A stretch of 63,257 nucleotides of DNA, the filler included, from Globobulimina sp. (lineage: Eukaryota), in the NCBI GenBank assembly GCA_003354225.1. It is 50 parts of 50 records of this genome, joined end to end, with 100 filler letters (N's around TTAATTAATTAA, not from the genome) between each part and the next. Parts side by side here need not be neighbours in the genome. Positions count along the whole stretch, not along the records: positions 35,496 to 36,662 come from PIVH01021853.1; positions 36,763 to 37,929 come from PIVH01021854.1; positions 38,030 to 39,196 come from PIVH01021855.1; positions 39,297 to 40,463 come from PIVH01021856.1; positions 40,564 to 41,730 come from PIVH01021857.1; positions 41,831 to 42,997 come from PIVH01021858.1; positions 43,098 to 44,264 come from PIVH01021859.1; positions 44,365 to 45,531 come from PIVH01021860.1; 42 more parts are not named here. One strand, written 5' to 3'. This document shows positions 35,396 to 47,731 of this stretch, one piece after another. The translations under genes were made by a program, and so were the position numbers. The notes beneath the pieces were generated by a model. It saw only the letters and a program-made list of their open reading frames with translations. It was not told the DNA's origin and made no database searches. Position 1 is the stretch's first letter. Each line of letters begins with the position of its first letter.

Positions 35396-35495
35396 NNNNN
35401 NNNNNNNNNNNNNNNNNNNNNNNNNNNNNNNNNNNNNNNTTAATTAATTAANNNNNNNNNNNNNNNNNNNNNNNNNNNNNNNNNNNNNNNNNNNN

Positions 35496-36592
35496 TTTAT
35501 CAATAAATTGGATGCTAACAATAACTGACCAATCCGCTGATATTTATCATCGATGTCTTTATTATCTTCGTCCGTATCGTTTTCAGCCATTATTGCCACG
35601 ATTTCTTCACCAGTCCGCACCTGACTTTTCATGCAATGTTTGAGTAATTTGGCGATTTTTAAAATGTTATAATTCACCAATTTCGAGGACTGTGTACGAG
35701 ACTGTGAGGACTGCGAACTCTGCGACGATGCCGATGCCTTATTAATTATGATCGGATTCGATGCAGATTTATTGAATCGATGTGCTTTGAGAGGCAGAGT
35801 GGTATTTTTTTTATACTCATCTGCAGATAATGACCGATTGAGTGGTGGCTTATATTTATTATTGCCATGCCGATGCGGCGTATAATTGTCAATGCCTTCG
35901 ATCAAAGTGGAATCCACTGCGGCGTAATGGTCCTCGTCGGTGGGTGGCAATGCATTATGCGATGCCAACAAACCAAAGGATACAGGAACAGGTACAGGCA
36001 CAGGGACTGGTGCACGTTGTGAGTGTGCATGGTGATGCGGCATGGCATTGATATGCGAATGTCGTAGATGTTGCATGGGAATGGGAATGGGCGCGATTAC
36101 GGGGGTTTGCAGCAAGGCGAGTGAGCAGGAAATGCCTTCACCAGCTTTGTTAAATGAATTGCTGTCACTATGGTTGCTATGATTAGTATGATGTGAATGA
36201 TGTGACTGATTGCTGGAACCCGCGAAGTGTGAGACTGGATTGCTGTTCTGCTCCATCTGTATCTTTTGCTGCATATAGTTGCATTTTGCAAAGAGTTCGC
36301 TGCGGACTTTCTTGAAATACATTCTATCGCCTAAGGCGATGTTCATTTCAATCAATTGTTCTTCGGTCACATTTTCTAATATACGGCCCCGTATACGTGC
36401 ATCTCTAAATTTTATGGCCAATTCGCACAATTGACCGTCATCAACGGTCGAAAGCCAGGAGTAAACATCGTCAACGTTCCATTTATCGATTTGATTATAA
36501 CGGCTCGAGATTATATGATTTTGTTGTTCTGTATTACGGATTGGTCGTTCTTCTGACAGATTGTTTTTAGGCGACGTACAAATATTGCCCAT
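35496..36592 (-). CDS. Probably myristoylated SAM-domain protein with a possible DEP domain, 3' truncated
   Basis: MGNICT N-terminus; SAM WNVDDVYSWL...FRDARIRGRILENVTEEQLIEMNIALGDR; terminal TGEEIV...IGQLLLASNLLI is DEP-like. Confidence 0.8.
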
Positions 36593-37151
36593 CTCACGAA
36601 AGGATTGGTTTTGAATGCTTGGATAAAACTTACTTCAAACTAAAATCGGCTCCAATACCACANNNNNNNNNNNNNNNNNNNNNNNNNNNNNNNNNNNNNN
36701 NNNNNNTTAATTAATTAANNNNNNNNNNNNNNNNNNNNNNNNNNNNNNNNNNNNNNNNNNNNGTTTTCCCTCTCCTTTAAAAAAAAAGAACCGGTTCCAT
36801 TTGGAAAGTTTACTGTGCAATGCAATAAAATGAAACATCCGCAACTGTTAAATGTACAAAGCAGTCCCATGCCTGGACAGCATAAACATAACAAAAATCC
36901 AACACCTCTTGTTTTGCAAATAACTTTAAGTAATTTATTGTGATTTTATATATTCTTTTTTTTTGTGTGAATATTAATTGCATATTCTATTAATTCTAAA
37001 TGCTTTCTGTGAATTTTTGTAATTGATTGTATTTTTTGTATTAAATGTGATTTTTTTTTAGTTTTAAGAATATTGAATAAAATATGTTTATATTATTGTT
37101 TTTTTGTACAAAAACTATAGCTACAAATTAATAGTGCACACTGCGCGTTTA

Positions 37152-37929
37152 ATGCAGTTTCTTTATTGTTGCTTTGGTTGTATTGATATTACTTTATGGC
37201 TGTTAATGTTGAGTTGTTGTGGTTACATGTTTTACAGTGGATTTTGGTTACCCATTGAAATAAATATCCATAGACTACGTTATCATGATCTGGTACCAAT
37301 TGAAATGTACACTACAATGATAAATTGGAATCAATTTAATATTGAAGACGAAGGGATAACAATCCTAACATATCAACAACAACACGATTATCAATGGTAT
37401 ATCGGAGTGTTAACAATGGAAACGTTTGAAAATGAAAATGACACAAACTCCTCTACAACAAATGTACCGTGGAACGAATTTCCATCCCATATATACTATG
37501 AAAGTAATGAAACAATGCAACATGAATATGAATCAGATTTAATATTACAAATTACTATGTATTCTGAAAAAGATTGCAATGCACCTTTTGAAGAATGTTT
37601 CCTTCAATATTTAAATGTTGCTGATTCCATTGAAATTGAGTACATTTATACACAAATCAATTCCAAGCACATTAATATTAATTGTGAAGCAATATCGATT
37701 GCTTTGGACCAGCCACGCGATTGTTTTATGTGTGTGATAATGCTCATAATTGCTATGTTTTATTTCTTTGTCATTGATGGGCTAAATATGTGGCAAAAAA
37801 GATGCAAACAATTATCAATATCTATTCTATGCTTTGGTGCCTATTTTATTTGGATATTTACAATGTCCATCGTTCCAATATTTACAGGCTTTGCAATCAA
37901 AGGGGAATATGCGGTTGTAGGAGCCAGGA
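37152..37929 (+). CDS. Hypothetical multi-pass membrane protein, 3' truncated
   Basis: TM helix, luminal region with NxS/T sites, then two more TM helices. Confidence 0.55.
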
Positions 37930-38029
37930 NNNNNNNNNNNNNNNNNNNNNNNNNNNNNNNNNNNNNNNNNNNNTTAATTAATTAANNNNNNNNNNNNNNN
38001 NNNNNNNNNNNNNNNNNNNNNNNNNNNNN

Positions 38030-39196
38030 AATATGTAATGACATAATAAATAGCAAGGATAGATCTTATCCCTTATTTATGAGATGTTGTGTTCAAACGG
38101 ATGATATAAATAAATGTATTCATGTGTTAAAATTAATGAATAGGAATAATTTTTCCTTATCCAACTGTAATAAATATCAATTGCGAGATTATTCAGCCAG
38201 TCTTTCCAAATTAATCTCAAAATGTAAACATACCAATCAATTAAAGCTGATCCATACATTAATTAAGCGCAAAAAACAAGATATTTTCATCCAAACTGCT
38301 TTGATCAATGCATTTGGGGCTTTTGGAAATGTTTTAGAAGCCACACTCGTTTTTGAAGCCATTCCACAGCATCAAATTGATGCAATTTGTGTAAATTGTA
38401 TGATTAAAATGTTTGTAAATAATAAAGATAATAATAAAGCATTGTCATTGTATGATAAATACAGTGATTCTGTTGTAAAAAATAACAGTTTGTCGCATAT
38501 GTTTGCATTAAAAGCTTGCATCCATACAAACAATGAGCATAAAGGCAGAGAAATCCATATGAAAAATGATGGTAATAATAATATTATATTTGCAACGGCG
38601 TTGATTGATTTTTATGCACATTTTGCGGATATTAAAAATGCATTGAATGTGTTTGATGGTGTAAGTGATGCAAAAAAAGATTCAATTATTATGAGTTCGA
38701 TAATGAAATGTCTGATTGATAATGGTTGCGATGAGGACGCATTACAAATGTATTATAAATATGAAATACTGCGTTTGCATGACAATATTTCACGTACATT
38801 GGCCATGAAAGCATGTGTCAATACGCTCCAATATGATAAAGGCAAATCTATCATTAATAAGTTAAATGTGCAGCATATGGAAACACAGCAACTTATAACT
38901 TCAGCGTTGATTGATTTTTATGGATATTTTGGAGAGATTCAAGATGCATTGAATGTGTTTAATGCTCTGCAATGTGGTAAATATGGTGTGAATATTATTG
39001 GTGTTATGATGAAAGCGCTGATAAATAACAATTACGACCAATACATATTGCAAATGTATGATGAATATGGAACATTAATGGCTATGGATGATATATGTTA
39101 TTCATATGTGCTGAGAGCATGTTTGAATTGCGGCCAATATGAGACAGGAAAAGAAATTAATAATGCAATGAGCAAACAAATGTGTCTCAGTGTGCC
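38030..39196 (+). CDS. PLS-like pentatricopeptide repeat protein, internal fragment
   Basis: Three triplets: ALI(N/D)xxxxFGxxxxAxxVF, MIK/IMK/MMKxxxxNxxxxxAL, and xLKAC/LRACxxxxxxxxGxxI. Confidence 0.88.
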
Positions 39197-39296
39197 NNNN
39201 NNNNNNNNNNNNNNNNNNNNNNNNNNNNNNNNNNNNNNNNTTAATTAATTAANNNNNNNNNNNNNNNNNNNNNNNNNNNNNNNNNNNNNNNNNNNN

Positions 39297-39485
39297 ACGG
39301 GTTTGGTTTTGCCATGAATAGTTAAATTGCCCTTTACTGCACAGGTGTTAAATCCTGTTCTTTCAGCGCTGGAGCTTTTAAAGCTGATTTTAGGGTATTT
39401 CTTCTGATGAAAGAAATCCTCGCTTTTTAAATGATCGTCCCTCTTTTGTATGCCGGTTATGATGCTGTCTACGTCTATGTCAAAT
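39297..39485 (-). CDS. Bacterial-type YceI protein fragment, fused in frame to a host exon
   Basis: IDVDSIITGIQKRDDHLKSEDFFHQKKYPKISFKSS...VKGNLTIHGKTKP is the YceI signature. Confidence 0.88.
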
Positions 39486-40463
39486 TCTAAAATGGTACAT
39501 TCTTCTGCAACTTGTTTCAATTCATTCTCAATTCCTTCATCATCAAAAAAGCAGTCCTTATATATTATATATTATTGTTATATTATATGTACAGTATACA
39601 AAAAAATAACAAACCTCAACAAACAATTGGAATTTTCCTATTCCTTCTTCATTGATATAATCTTTACGTCCAAGTTGCAAATAATAGTCGTGCAGCCCTG
39701 AATCAATTCTTTTAATAAGACTAGTTTTGATATGAAATATTTTGTCTTGATTCTCACTTAATTGAGAGTTGCAATTTTTGACATGAATTTCTTTTGTTTT
39801 ACCCCCATACTCATAATACAATTCAATTGGCCATGTTGACAAAACAGGAAATTCATTGTATATTTTTTGTTGAATAGAATCCCATTTATCAGTAATCAAA
39901 CACACAAAAACTTGTTTTGTTGCATTTTCATACTTCATTTGTATGATTATTGGTGCTGCGTACATATATATTATTAAATCTATCGCTTGTTGCGATATAA
40001 TGACATTTGTATGTTTTTGAAATTCATTTACAAAGCCTTCCACTGTCAAAATACACTGGAAAGCAATATTTATTTTTCTGTGTGTAATGGGAAAATTATT
40101 TGTATGCACTGCAACAGTTATAGGTGGTGGTGCTATACGCATTTGTTTATTTAATTTGGATTCTATGAGTTTTTGAACAGCAACACTTTCCCCAATGCAT
40201 TCAAAGGAAACAGAATCTGTCGAAAAATTTCGTTTCCATTTGATATGACTCAACTCTTGTCGATAGCCGTTTATTCTGGATTTATTTGGTGGCGGCATCT
40301 GTGCAGACCACATAAAACTAATTGTAATCATGATATCCATTGCAGATATTTCAATAAGATCTTCTTTAATGAATGAGATACATTCGTCATAACTTAAGAT
40401 GTAATTTTGTGGCATCATAAAAATAATTACATGAGAATTAGCAAACAGTTTACAGATATTTGA
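39486..40463 (-). CDS. Host hypothetical protein fragment; intron 39557-39614
   Basis: Long exon ending YYLQLGRKDYINEEGIGKFQLFVE splices (GTTTGT...ATAAG) to DCFFDDEGIENELKQVAEECTILEFD. Confidence 0.65.
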
Positions 40464-40563
40464 NNNNNNNNNNNNNNNNNNNNNNNNNNNNNNNNNNNNN
40501 NNNNNNNTTAATTAATTAANNNNNNNNNNNNNNNNNNNNNNNNNNNNNNNNNNNNNNNNNNNN

Positions 40564-41730
40564 GAACAAAGTAACTGAGCAGGCGCCGGCATTGCCGATA
40601 TTTGACGAAAATAAAATGAAATGGAATTTTAAAAGACATAAACAAAAGGGATCTAAAGAGAGGACAATTGAGTTGAGCAATGATGCAATAATTTGGGGGA
40701 AAAAATCAAAACTGAAATTGACGGAGTTAAAGTGTATAATGTTGGGAAAACAAAGTGAAATTTTAGGGAAGAAAGAAAAAGCAAATAATATATTTATGTC
40801 GCTGCAGTTTGAAAAAGATACATTGGATTTACAAGCATTAAACAAAAATGATCGCTTGGATTTACTCTTCAAATTAGTGCACAAATTGAAAGATTTAAAG
40901 CAAAGCAAAACCATTGATAAGAATTTGGATGATTTTATTAATGAAGAAATGGTGACATTTAATGTCATTGACAATGTCGAAATGAATCAACTGCCAAATA
41001 AAGAAGAGACTGTCATTGAGACTGAAAAACAGATTGTTATTGAATCTGAACCAAATATTGAAGAAAAACAGGAAACGATGTCAAAGGAAGAGGTTACAAA
41101 ACAAAATAAAAAACCGAATGTGCAACAACAACCAAATGAAAAATCCGAACATTATATGGATGCGATTGATAATAATAAGTATGTTGGAGAAATTGCTAAA
41201 TTACAAAATGATTATGATTTATTACAACAACAATACAATGTTTATAGAGAGCTACAAAATGGACAAAAAGATGAGACAGATTCTTTGAAAAACGAATTGG
41301 AAAAAATAAAAACGAATTATGTTTTGGTAAAAGCGAAAAACAAAGAATTAGAAAAAGAATTGCAAGAAGAAAAACATCTCAATGGACAAATAAATAAAAA
41401 GTTAGCAAAATTATCCATTAACAAAGACAGAAAGAAAATGAAAAAAGAATTGGAACAGTTACAAAAGCAAAGCAAAGCAGATAAGAATAACATCAATGAT
41501 TTGAAGAAGAAATTGTCAGAGTTACAAATAAAAAATAAGAATTATCGCAAAACCAGCAGTAAATTAGAAAACAAATTGAATGGTAAACAAGCAATAAAAC
41601 CAAAGGGGGAGGATTTAAATAATAAAATAAAGCAAAGCAGAACAAATTATATAGTGAATGTGAAAAATGTATTATCGGCACGAGATTGTCAATCATTTTT
41701 ATCATTAATCAAATTAGTGGCAGATCATTC
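40564..41730 (+). CDS. PH-like domain + coiled-coil protein, internal fragment
   Basis: KERTIELSNDAIIWGK...IMLGKQS...FMSLQFEKDTLDLQA resembles PLC/Num1-type PH domains; long heptad region follows. Confidence 0.65.
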
Positions 41731-41830
41731 NNNNNNNNNNNNNNNNNNNNNNNNNNNNNNNNNNNNNNNNNNNNTTAATTAATTAANNNNNNNNNNNNNN
41801 NNNNNNNNNNNNNNNNNNNNNNNNNNNNNN

Positions 41831-42398
41831 AAACGCCATTAAACGTCACATAAACTTCAAATACGACGCCAATTCCATCGCATTGATGCGGGAGAAGAAG
41901 AACAAGAATTTCAATGCGCGGCAGCTGGCCAATCCGCATAAGGAAAAGCTGCGGATTACGACTATTATTTCAGGCTTGCAATACGATGATACCCCGCAGG
42001 TGGCACAGGAACGGATGCGGTATGAACGGTATTTGACGGAGATCAATATGGAGATCGAGCGTAGGAACAGCATATCGAGCGCGGGCATCAAGGTCAGCAT
42101 TGCGAGCATCAACGAGAAGAATAAGATTAAGAACAAAAAGTTGATGCTGAAAGCGAGGGAAAAGGAGCGGAAGTTCCAGCTGAAAATGCGGGGGCTGGGA
42201 CAGAAGCAGTGTGCGCGGGATCCCTTTACGAGGGCGATAACTGCGCCAAACATCGAGAGTTTTAATTCCAATTTGCCGGCGATGGAGGATGTGTGTCAGG
42301 GCGGGAGTGATGGAGAGGTGGTTAAGCAGGAAAATAGAAAAAAGGAAAATAGTGAGGATGTTGACTTGGATTTGAGTATTTTGGAAAAAAAAGAATAA
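41831..42398 (+). CDS. Basic/charged hypothetical protein, C-terminal fragment
   Basis: Frame open from the contig edge (NAIKRHINFKYDANS...) to a stop; higher GC than most contigs. Confidence 0.5.
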
Positions 42399-43197
42399 GA
42401 AATCTGTACAAAGGAAAAAGGCGCCGCAGCACAGAAAAGATGAGGTTATAAACACATCGAACCATATCTCACATTCATCTGTATAATATTTGCAATATAA
42501 AAACGTTTGTAATGTTTGTGAGATAAATAAATGAATATAAATAACTTTTGCTGCTCTCTTGGACATGCTTGTAAAGGGGTTTACGACCTTTGGCAAAAAG
42601 CGGAAAGCTGTCGAACTGAATAAAAAGTAAAGATGTGTTTGACAGAGTTTTTTAAAATTCAGTACATATCGGAGACCCCTATTGTTATATTATCTATTCT
42701 GGGGCCGGCATAATATTTTATTGTGTATCTTTACTATCTGTGCTGATTGCTGACGTTTATATTGATTCAGTATATTGGTATGGTGTCCCATATGCAATTA
42801 CATCTATTTCATGGTAGAGATAGTCATCATGCAACAATACAAACAAATATGTAGTTGTTTAAGCTTAAGAGGGAATAGTTTGAATTCTAACAATCCCCGA
42901 GATTGAAGCGGATATAATATCGAGATATTGTCCATTCGGACATATTTTTACTTTTTTGATTGCAATCTTATCATTTAATGCTAATTGTGTTGAATGCNNN
43001 NNNNNNNNNNNNNNNNNNNNNNNNNNNNNNNNNNNNNNNNNTTAATTAATTAANNNNNNNNNNNNNNNNNNNNNNNNNNNNNNNNNNNNNNNNNNNNAAT
43101 ACATATACAACAGGACATGATTATATTATTTATGCATGATGTGATTTACAAAAAAAACACCTTTATCCTTGAACTTTATTGCTCCCTTTTTTGTGTA

Positions 43198-44083
43198 ATG
43201 TTGCAGCTAAAACGTGTAGCAAATATACCACCTTCACGAGCACATTTCGATTCACATTTATTGAGATCCGATTACTGGAAGAATGGGTTTGCGATTATTC
43301 CCCAGGTTTACACAAAAAAGGAATGTAATTTATTGAAACAAACGATTGAATCAGATCCATTAATAAATTCAAATGAAATGCCAATGCATTGGAAAAGCAT
43401 CGAAATTAACATTATGGTTTGGATTGGGCGAGGATCTTTATTCAATGTTTGCTCGCTCTGCATCAATATTCCATGCAGTTCAAACGGTAATGGATACAGA
43501 GCCATACATGTTTCACAGTAAAATTATGCTGAAAGAGCCGCGCATTGGTGGCAGTTGGGATTTTCATCAAGATTTTGGGTATTGGTATGAACAGGGCGGC
43601 ACTATTCAGATCAGTTGCTATCTGTTATGATTCCTATCGATGATCATGATGTACACAATGGATGTTTACAAGTATATATTGAGAGGCTCTCATAAATTTG
43701 GAAGAATAACTCATGGATTATATAATGATCAGAATGGGGTTGATCCGCAAAGATTGAAAATGGCAATGGATGAGTGTGAGTTAGTAAATTGTGAACTGAG
43801 TGCAGGCGATATGTTGCTATTTCATTCTTTGTTGATTCATGGTTCTGCAGCAAATTATAGTGACAATTGGAGGAGAGCATTAGTTATTGGCTATGCTGGA
43901 AGATATGCACCAATTTATAAAAAAAATGATACAGATTTTGCGATACCTGGTTACAATGCAATTGATGTAAGACATGATTCAGAAATATTAAGTTGCGGCG
44001 CCAGACCTCATTCACAAAACAGAAATGATTTTTTTACTCATGATGATAATATTAAAAGTTTTACGCCAACTGAGTCTTTATGA
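43198..44083 (+). pseudogene. Phytanoyl-CoA dioxygenase (PhyH)-family gene with three frameshifts (about 43387, about 43599, 43672)
   Basis: Pieces in different frames: DYWKNGFAIIPQV / KLTLWF..YMFHSKIMLKEPRIGGSWDFHQDFGYWY / LSVMIPIDDHDVHNGCLQ / ILRGSH..GDMLLFHSLLIHGSAANYSDNWRR. Confidence 0.8.
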
Positions 44084-44364
44084 ATTATATAATATAATTG
44101 TGTAATTTGTGTAATATATCCTATTATTGTTCTCGAAACGGGTTTTTTTATTTTCTGCAAAATCAATATTTCGGAATTTTACGTTTTTGTATTTTTGCAT
44201 ATATTTTTTGCAATTTTTGATTTTTTACGGATTACGGATTTCGAAAATGATGATGCACTGTATTNNNNNNNNNNNNNNNNNNNNNNNNNNNNNNNNNNNN
44301 NNNNNNNNTTAATTAATTAANNNNNNNNNNNNNNNNNNNNNNNNNNNNNNNNNNNNNNNNNNNN

Positions 44365-45419
44365 AATTATCATCTGAATCTCCATTCCGCCCATCACATA
44401 TTCCAAGAAGCCATATTTTTTGATGATATCGCGATATGGGAACAAAATATTACCATTTTTTTTGCCAGATTTCTTGGGATGTTGTAGCGGTTTGGACTGT
44501 ACGTCTAATAATTCCTGCAATGACGTGGTGCAATGGCCGATCTCTTCGGGGGCCGAGGAGTCCTTGTCATGGAAACAGCGGATTAAGATCGGACGCGAAT
44601 AGTCGTCGTTACCTGTACATGAATGGTGTTGTTTGTAGTTATAAGTTGAGGGACAAACAACAGTGAAAGTAAAAGTAACTGACATAGTCTCTGAATGGGT
44701 ATAATTATTTTGCCCCAGGTGGGATCCACATTTTTTTTGATGGTTTTGGTTCTATGCACGCTCATCCAGCCACCATCCGCTGCTTTGCGATAGATTTGTA
44801 AATACGGATTGCATTTGCGGCCCCTAAGTAGTATTGTGTTGGTAGGGGAAAATGCGAAAATGCGGAGAGTAGAAGCGTACCAAGACATTTTCGGCAAGCC
44901 CTGACATCGAAATTGGATCATAAACTCGTCATTGCTTTGGGCCACTTCTTCAGAGCGTACGATGCAAATCGAAGCTGCTTTTCTGACCTTTAAGGGTCTG
45001 CCTTTTTTGTCTTTTAATTTCATGGCTAATTTGGAACCGCGGGCAGTCACTAAGTCTCCTAATACAAACTCACAATATCCAATGTAATCGTGTTTGGATA
45101 AATTGCTAAGGTTTTTGCTGTCTGCGTCGTAAATATCGAACCGAATCACTTGGACTTCTTCGAATTTGTAATCGATTTTGATTTGTTTGGAGAAATCTGG
45201 ATCGTTGTTGTCCATTACAACCTCAGTTTTGAGTAATTCAAAAAATCGATTGTTTTGTTCGTTTTTTTGAGAAATAACGACAAAAGGATCGGAGGGTGAG
45301 TTTAAATCCATCTTTGGCAAATTGCGACAGCTGATAAATATTTCTAATTTTTCGGATAAACATGCGCCTGAACCATATTGTGCTGCTTGTTGTTGTTGTT
45401 GAGGTGGTTGAAACGCCAT
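44365..45419 (-). CDS. Copine (two C2 domains, start of vWA), 3' truncated; introns 44824-44880 and 44613-44683
   Basis: ISCRNLPKMDLNSPSDPFV, KTEVVMDNNDPDF, YKFEEVQ, RLCNDDYSRPI, FLEYVMGGMEIQ. Both introns restore the frame. Confidence 0.93.
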
Positions 45420-46174
45420 TGTTTGTTGCTGACTTTGAGTGATTTTTTGAATGTTGATATATTTGTGGTATTAAAAGTGTTTGAAAAAATGGCTTCCCGT
45501 CAACCGCTCCTGACAGATCCTGACAAACCTGNNNNNNNNNNNNNNNNNNNNNNNNNNNNNNNNNNNNNNNNNNNNTTAATTAATTAANNNNNNNNNNNNN
45601 NNNNNNNNNNNNNNNNNNNNNNNNNNNNNNNCGTAAAGCGCTAGGTACAACCACTAAATGGTTGGCTGCGTTGACTCCGTACTTCCAACGAGAAGGTGGC
45701 GAATAAGTAAACATATGAGGCGCTGAAAGCAAAAACATCCTTTGCACGCCCCGAGTCCGTTGACAGTTTCCGCAAAGCCCCAAATTTCATTATTAGGGTC
45801 TAGCAGGGTAGCGTGCTGGCCCATTTAGGGGTAATTAACGCGCGGCCCATAGCAGCTCGCGGTCAGCGCCCCAAACTTGTCTTGCCTCGCGCGTTCAGCC
45901 CCACTGCAGTTCTTGCACGGCCTGGCAGCCCTTTTAATTGCTCTCTAGCTATTTAGTTGATGTTTTGGTGGAAGGGCCGACCCTCCGATATTGGATAATT
46001 TAGTTAAGTACATAATTGGCTGTCTAAGGCACTTGGCCGAGATGACCAAAAGGTTTAAACATACACAAAATAGGTTATTATTACTATAAGAAGACCTGTA
46101 GTCAAACTCCTGTTATATTCTGTTTAGTTATACTACTATACCCCATCTATATATTTTTGTAAGTATTTGAAAGC

Positions 46175-46798
46175 ATGTCCAAAAACGAACCGATAACTAA
46201 AGATAATATTAATCGTAAACCCAAAAAGATAAAAGCTACTCCAGAAGAATGGAAACGAAATGTAAAACGGAAGTTGCCTAGAGTTAATCGCCCTTTTCCC
46301 ATGCCTCCTGATATGCTGGAAGATGAGTGGAAGAAATCGTTTTCTTGCTCTTGTTTTATGATAAGTTGTTTGCACAAACTTGGTCAGCAACATGTATATA
46401 ACATTCGTATGGAATTTGATACTCTTAAAATTACAGCTACAACCAAGTCTGATGCCCAATTTTCTCAGTCTAATCATTTGGCCCGATTTATTTTTGGTCA
46501 TCCCAAACCAACTGCTAATCGAAAATTTGTGTTCTCTCTCCCACTTCATGATAGTAAGACAGTAACTGTATGTAGACAATCATTTTTAAAGGCATTTGGC
46601 ATATCAAAGGAACGGCTATTAACTGTTATTACTGATACTGAAGTTCGACCACAACGTTGTTTGACAGGTACTATGCCAGCTTTTAATGGTACTCCTATTG
46701 AAATATTGACAGCCATAAGAACATTCTTTTCCGAGTTGAAACCTGAAGAGTCACATTACGGTAGAGCTAAGTGTCCAGATAGAGTGTTTTTGCCGTCC
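46175..46798 (+). mobile_element. DNA transposase-associated protein (probably Sola-like), N-terminal part
   Basis: Basic N-terminus, CSC..SC, VTVCRQSFLKAFGISKERL and PEESHYGR..RVFLP, a pattern I associate with Sola-type transposase N-termini (superfamily from recall). Confidence 0.6.
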
Positions 46799-47674
46799 NN
46801 NNNNNNNNNNNNNNNNNNNNNNNNNNNNNNNNNNNNNNNNNNTTAATTAATTAANNNNNNNNNNNNNNNNNNNNNNNNNNNNNNNNNNNNNNNNNNNNGA
46901 GATGGGAAATAAACATGATATAAATGGATGTTGTTTAACTTAAATGTTGGTCCAGGAACACTGCAATTCACTGATTTAAAATATGCAGGATTGTATTGCC
47001 AAAAGCAATGTGCAGTATAGTTTAATAACAATGTTGAATTTGTGGAATTCGGATTGTCATAAATCGTAATCGGGCAATGATCGAAACTAAAATGATACCT
47101 TTGACCATCCAATAACTCAATAATTCGTGGTTCTGTCAATGGGTCGGCTTCATGCAGTTTTAAGAATATATTGATTAGAATTAAAGTAATAGTCTTCATT
47201 AGAATTATTAGCCGCCTACAAGTTTTTTTAATTATTATTTGTTTTACATCCTTTTGTTTCTGACATTTCTTTTCATGTATTACCATATTCAAAGAGCGTC
47301 AGGTTTTCAACCTCAGATTATTATTGTTTCATGAGAACGACAGCACCTATATAATCATTTGCCAATTCACATGGTTGCTAAATTTTCATATCTGTCAAAT
47401 CAAAAGAGGAGTGTAATGCATATGAGCACAGAAATATCGTTATCTTTATTGATGATTCCCCCACAGTGTCCCATGAAAGTTTTTTCCAATCTCATTTAGC
47501 ATATTATTTTGTTCTTTGTGCTGAGTACAAGGATAATTTTGCTTTTATAGAGAATTGTTAATTATATATTGTGTATTAGTGTTTGACACCTGTTTGGCAC
47601 ATAACATAATATTGACTTCATTTCCTGATTGCGTTTCACCGCAATCACTACTCCCTACAGTCCACTGCAGTCAC

Positions 47675-47731
47675 AACTATTGAGCTAATTTATTGTGGTC
47701 AATGTGGTGAGCGAAAATTAGCTCAATAGTT
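47675..47731. repeat. 57-bp inverted repeat with perfect 17-bp arms, flanked by CAC on both sides
   Basis: AACTATTGAGCTAATTT ... AAATTAGCTCAATAGTT. Confidence 0.8.
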
